A stretch of 64,000 nucleotides of DNA from an uncultured Solirubrobacterales bacterium (GTDB lineage: Bacteria > Actinomycetota > Thermoleophilia > Solirubrobacterales > 70-9): positions 418,578-482,577 of the forward strand of contig OY970377.1 in NCBI GenBank assembly GCA_963718775.1. Direction: 5' to 3'. Each line of letters opens with the position of its first letter. Positions within the stretch are counted from its first letter, which is position 1. The notes below the pieces were generated by a model. The model was given only the letters and a program-made list of their open reading frames with translations, made no database searches and was not told the origin of the DNA. A program made the position numbers and the translations under genes. Below, in pieces: positions 63,437-64,000 of this stretch.

Positions 63437-64000
63437 CTACTCGCCGTCGCCGACGACGCTGACGGTGTGGCCCAGCTCGCGCACCAGCGCGACGGCGCGG
63501 GCTGCCTGGTCGTCGCCGGCAACCCAGAGCGAGACGGCCCCCGAGGTCATGTCGGGGGCCGGGTAGAGCGCCATGTCCTCGATGTTGACGCCGGCGTCGC
63601 CAAGGGCGAGAGCCAGCTCGGCGATCGTGCCCGGCCGGTTGGCGACGACTACGCGCAGCTCGCGCAGCTCGCCGCCGGAAAGCTCGGTCTCGAGCAGGCG
63701 ACGACGATCGGCAGCAGCGCCGGCGTGCCACTCCGACACCGCGGCGCGCTCGCCCTTGCGGATCAGCTCTGCCGCCTCACGCAACCGTTCGGCGACGGCG
63801 TCGACCGCCTCCGCCACCGCCTCGCGGTTGCTGGCGAAGATGTCTCCCCAGATCGCCGGGTTGGCGCCGGCGACACGGGTCGTGTCGCGGAAGCTGGGGC
63901 CGACCTCGGGCATCCGCTCGGAGTCGCGGGTCAGCTCCGCCGCTGCCTGGCCGACGAGCACGTTGGCGACCACGTGCGGCAGGTGGCTGACCGTCGCCAT
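63437..64000 (-). CDS. tyrA: Prephenate dehydrogenase, C-terminal part with an ACT-like domain; the 5' end is outside the window
   Basis: ...SHLPHVVANVL...FRDTTRVAGANPAIWGDIF..N.... Followed by ...ELRVVVANRPGTIAELALALGDAGVNIEDM. Confidence 0.8.
   Translation of the reverse strand: MATVSHLPHVVANVLVGQAAAELTRDSERMPEVGPSFRDTTRVAGANPAIWGDIFASNREAVAEAVDAVAERLREAAELIRKGERAAVSEWHAGAAADRRRLLETELSGGELRELRVVVANRPGTIAELALALGDAGVNIEDMALYPAPDMTSGAVSLWVAGDDQAARAVALVRELGHTVSVVGDGE

Overview
This is a high-GC window (judged by eye, not computed) with actinobacterial-type gene order. I cannot assign a taxon from the sequence alone. Most of it is a conserved minus-strand housekeeping block: tyrA-aroA-cmk-der, metK, priA-def-fmt-rsmB-rpe, ribD-ribE-ribBA-ribH, rpmB, yloV-recG-rsmD-coaD, rpmF-plsX-acpP-rnc-smc-ftsY-ffh-rpsP-KH-trmD-rplS-lepB-rnhB, yifB-dprA-thiD-ilvD, and xerC with a FliA/WhiG-type sigma factor.

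The left ~4.9 kb is a visibly lower-GC island next to tRNA-Gly(GCC). It carries a C5 DNA methyltransferase, a controller (C) protein, a NotI-family restriction endonuclease and a RecB-like nuclease. Other accessory items are one IS110-family element upstream of metK and a broken vapBC-like toxin-antitoxin pair.

Two properties run through the whole window. (1) About half of the high-GC core genes, several of them essential, can only be read by switching frame one to several times, while the lower-GC island genes are intact. I read this as indel errors in the assembly rather than real gene decay, so many coordinates are approximate. (2) The window is packed with structured palindromic repeats that the ORF track does not explain:
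- a ~110-nt hairpin family in eight copies, with base-pair-preserving (compensatory) changes between copies;
- two inverted pairs of that family, one bracketing a 1.1-kb segment in which yceD is inverted relative to rpmF;
- smaller hairpin families sitting exactly at stop codons inside operons;
- two short repeat families that are translated in frame inside ribD and rsmB.

I rank this repeat population as the most interesting signal. Next are an smc gene of only ~825 codons with no visible hinge, and the IS110 element with long structured non-coding flanks.
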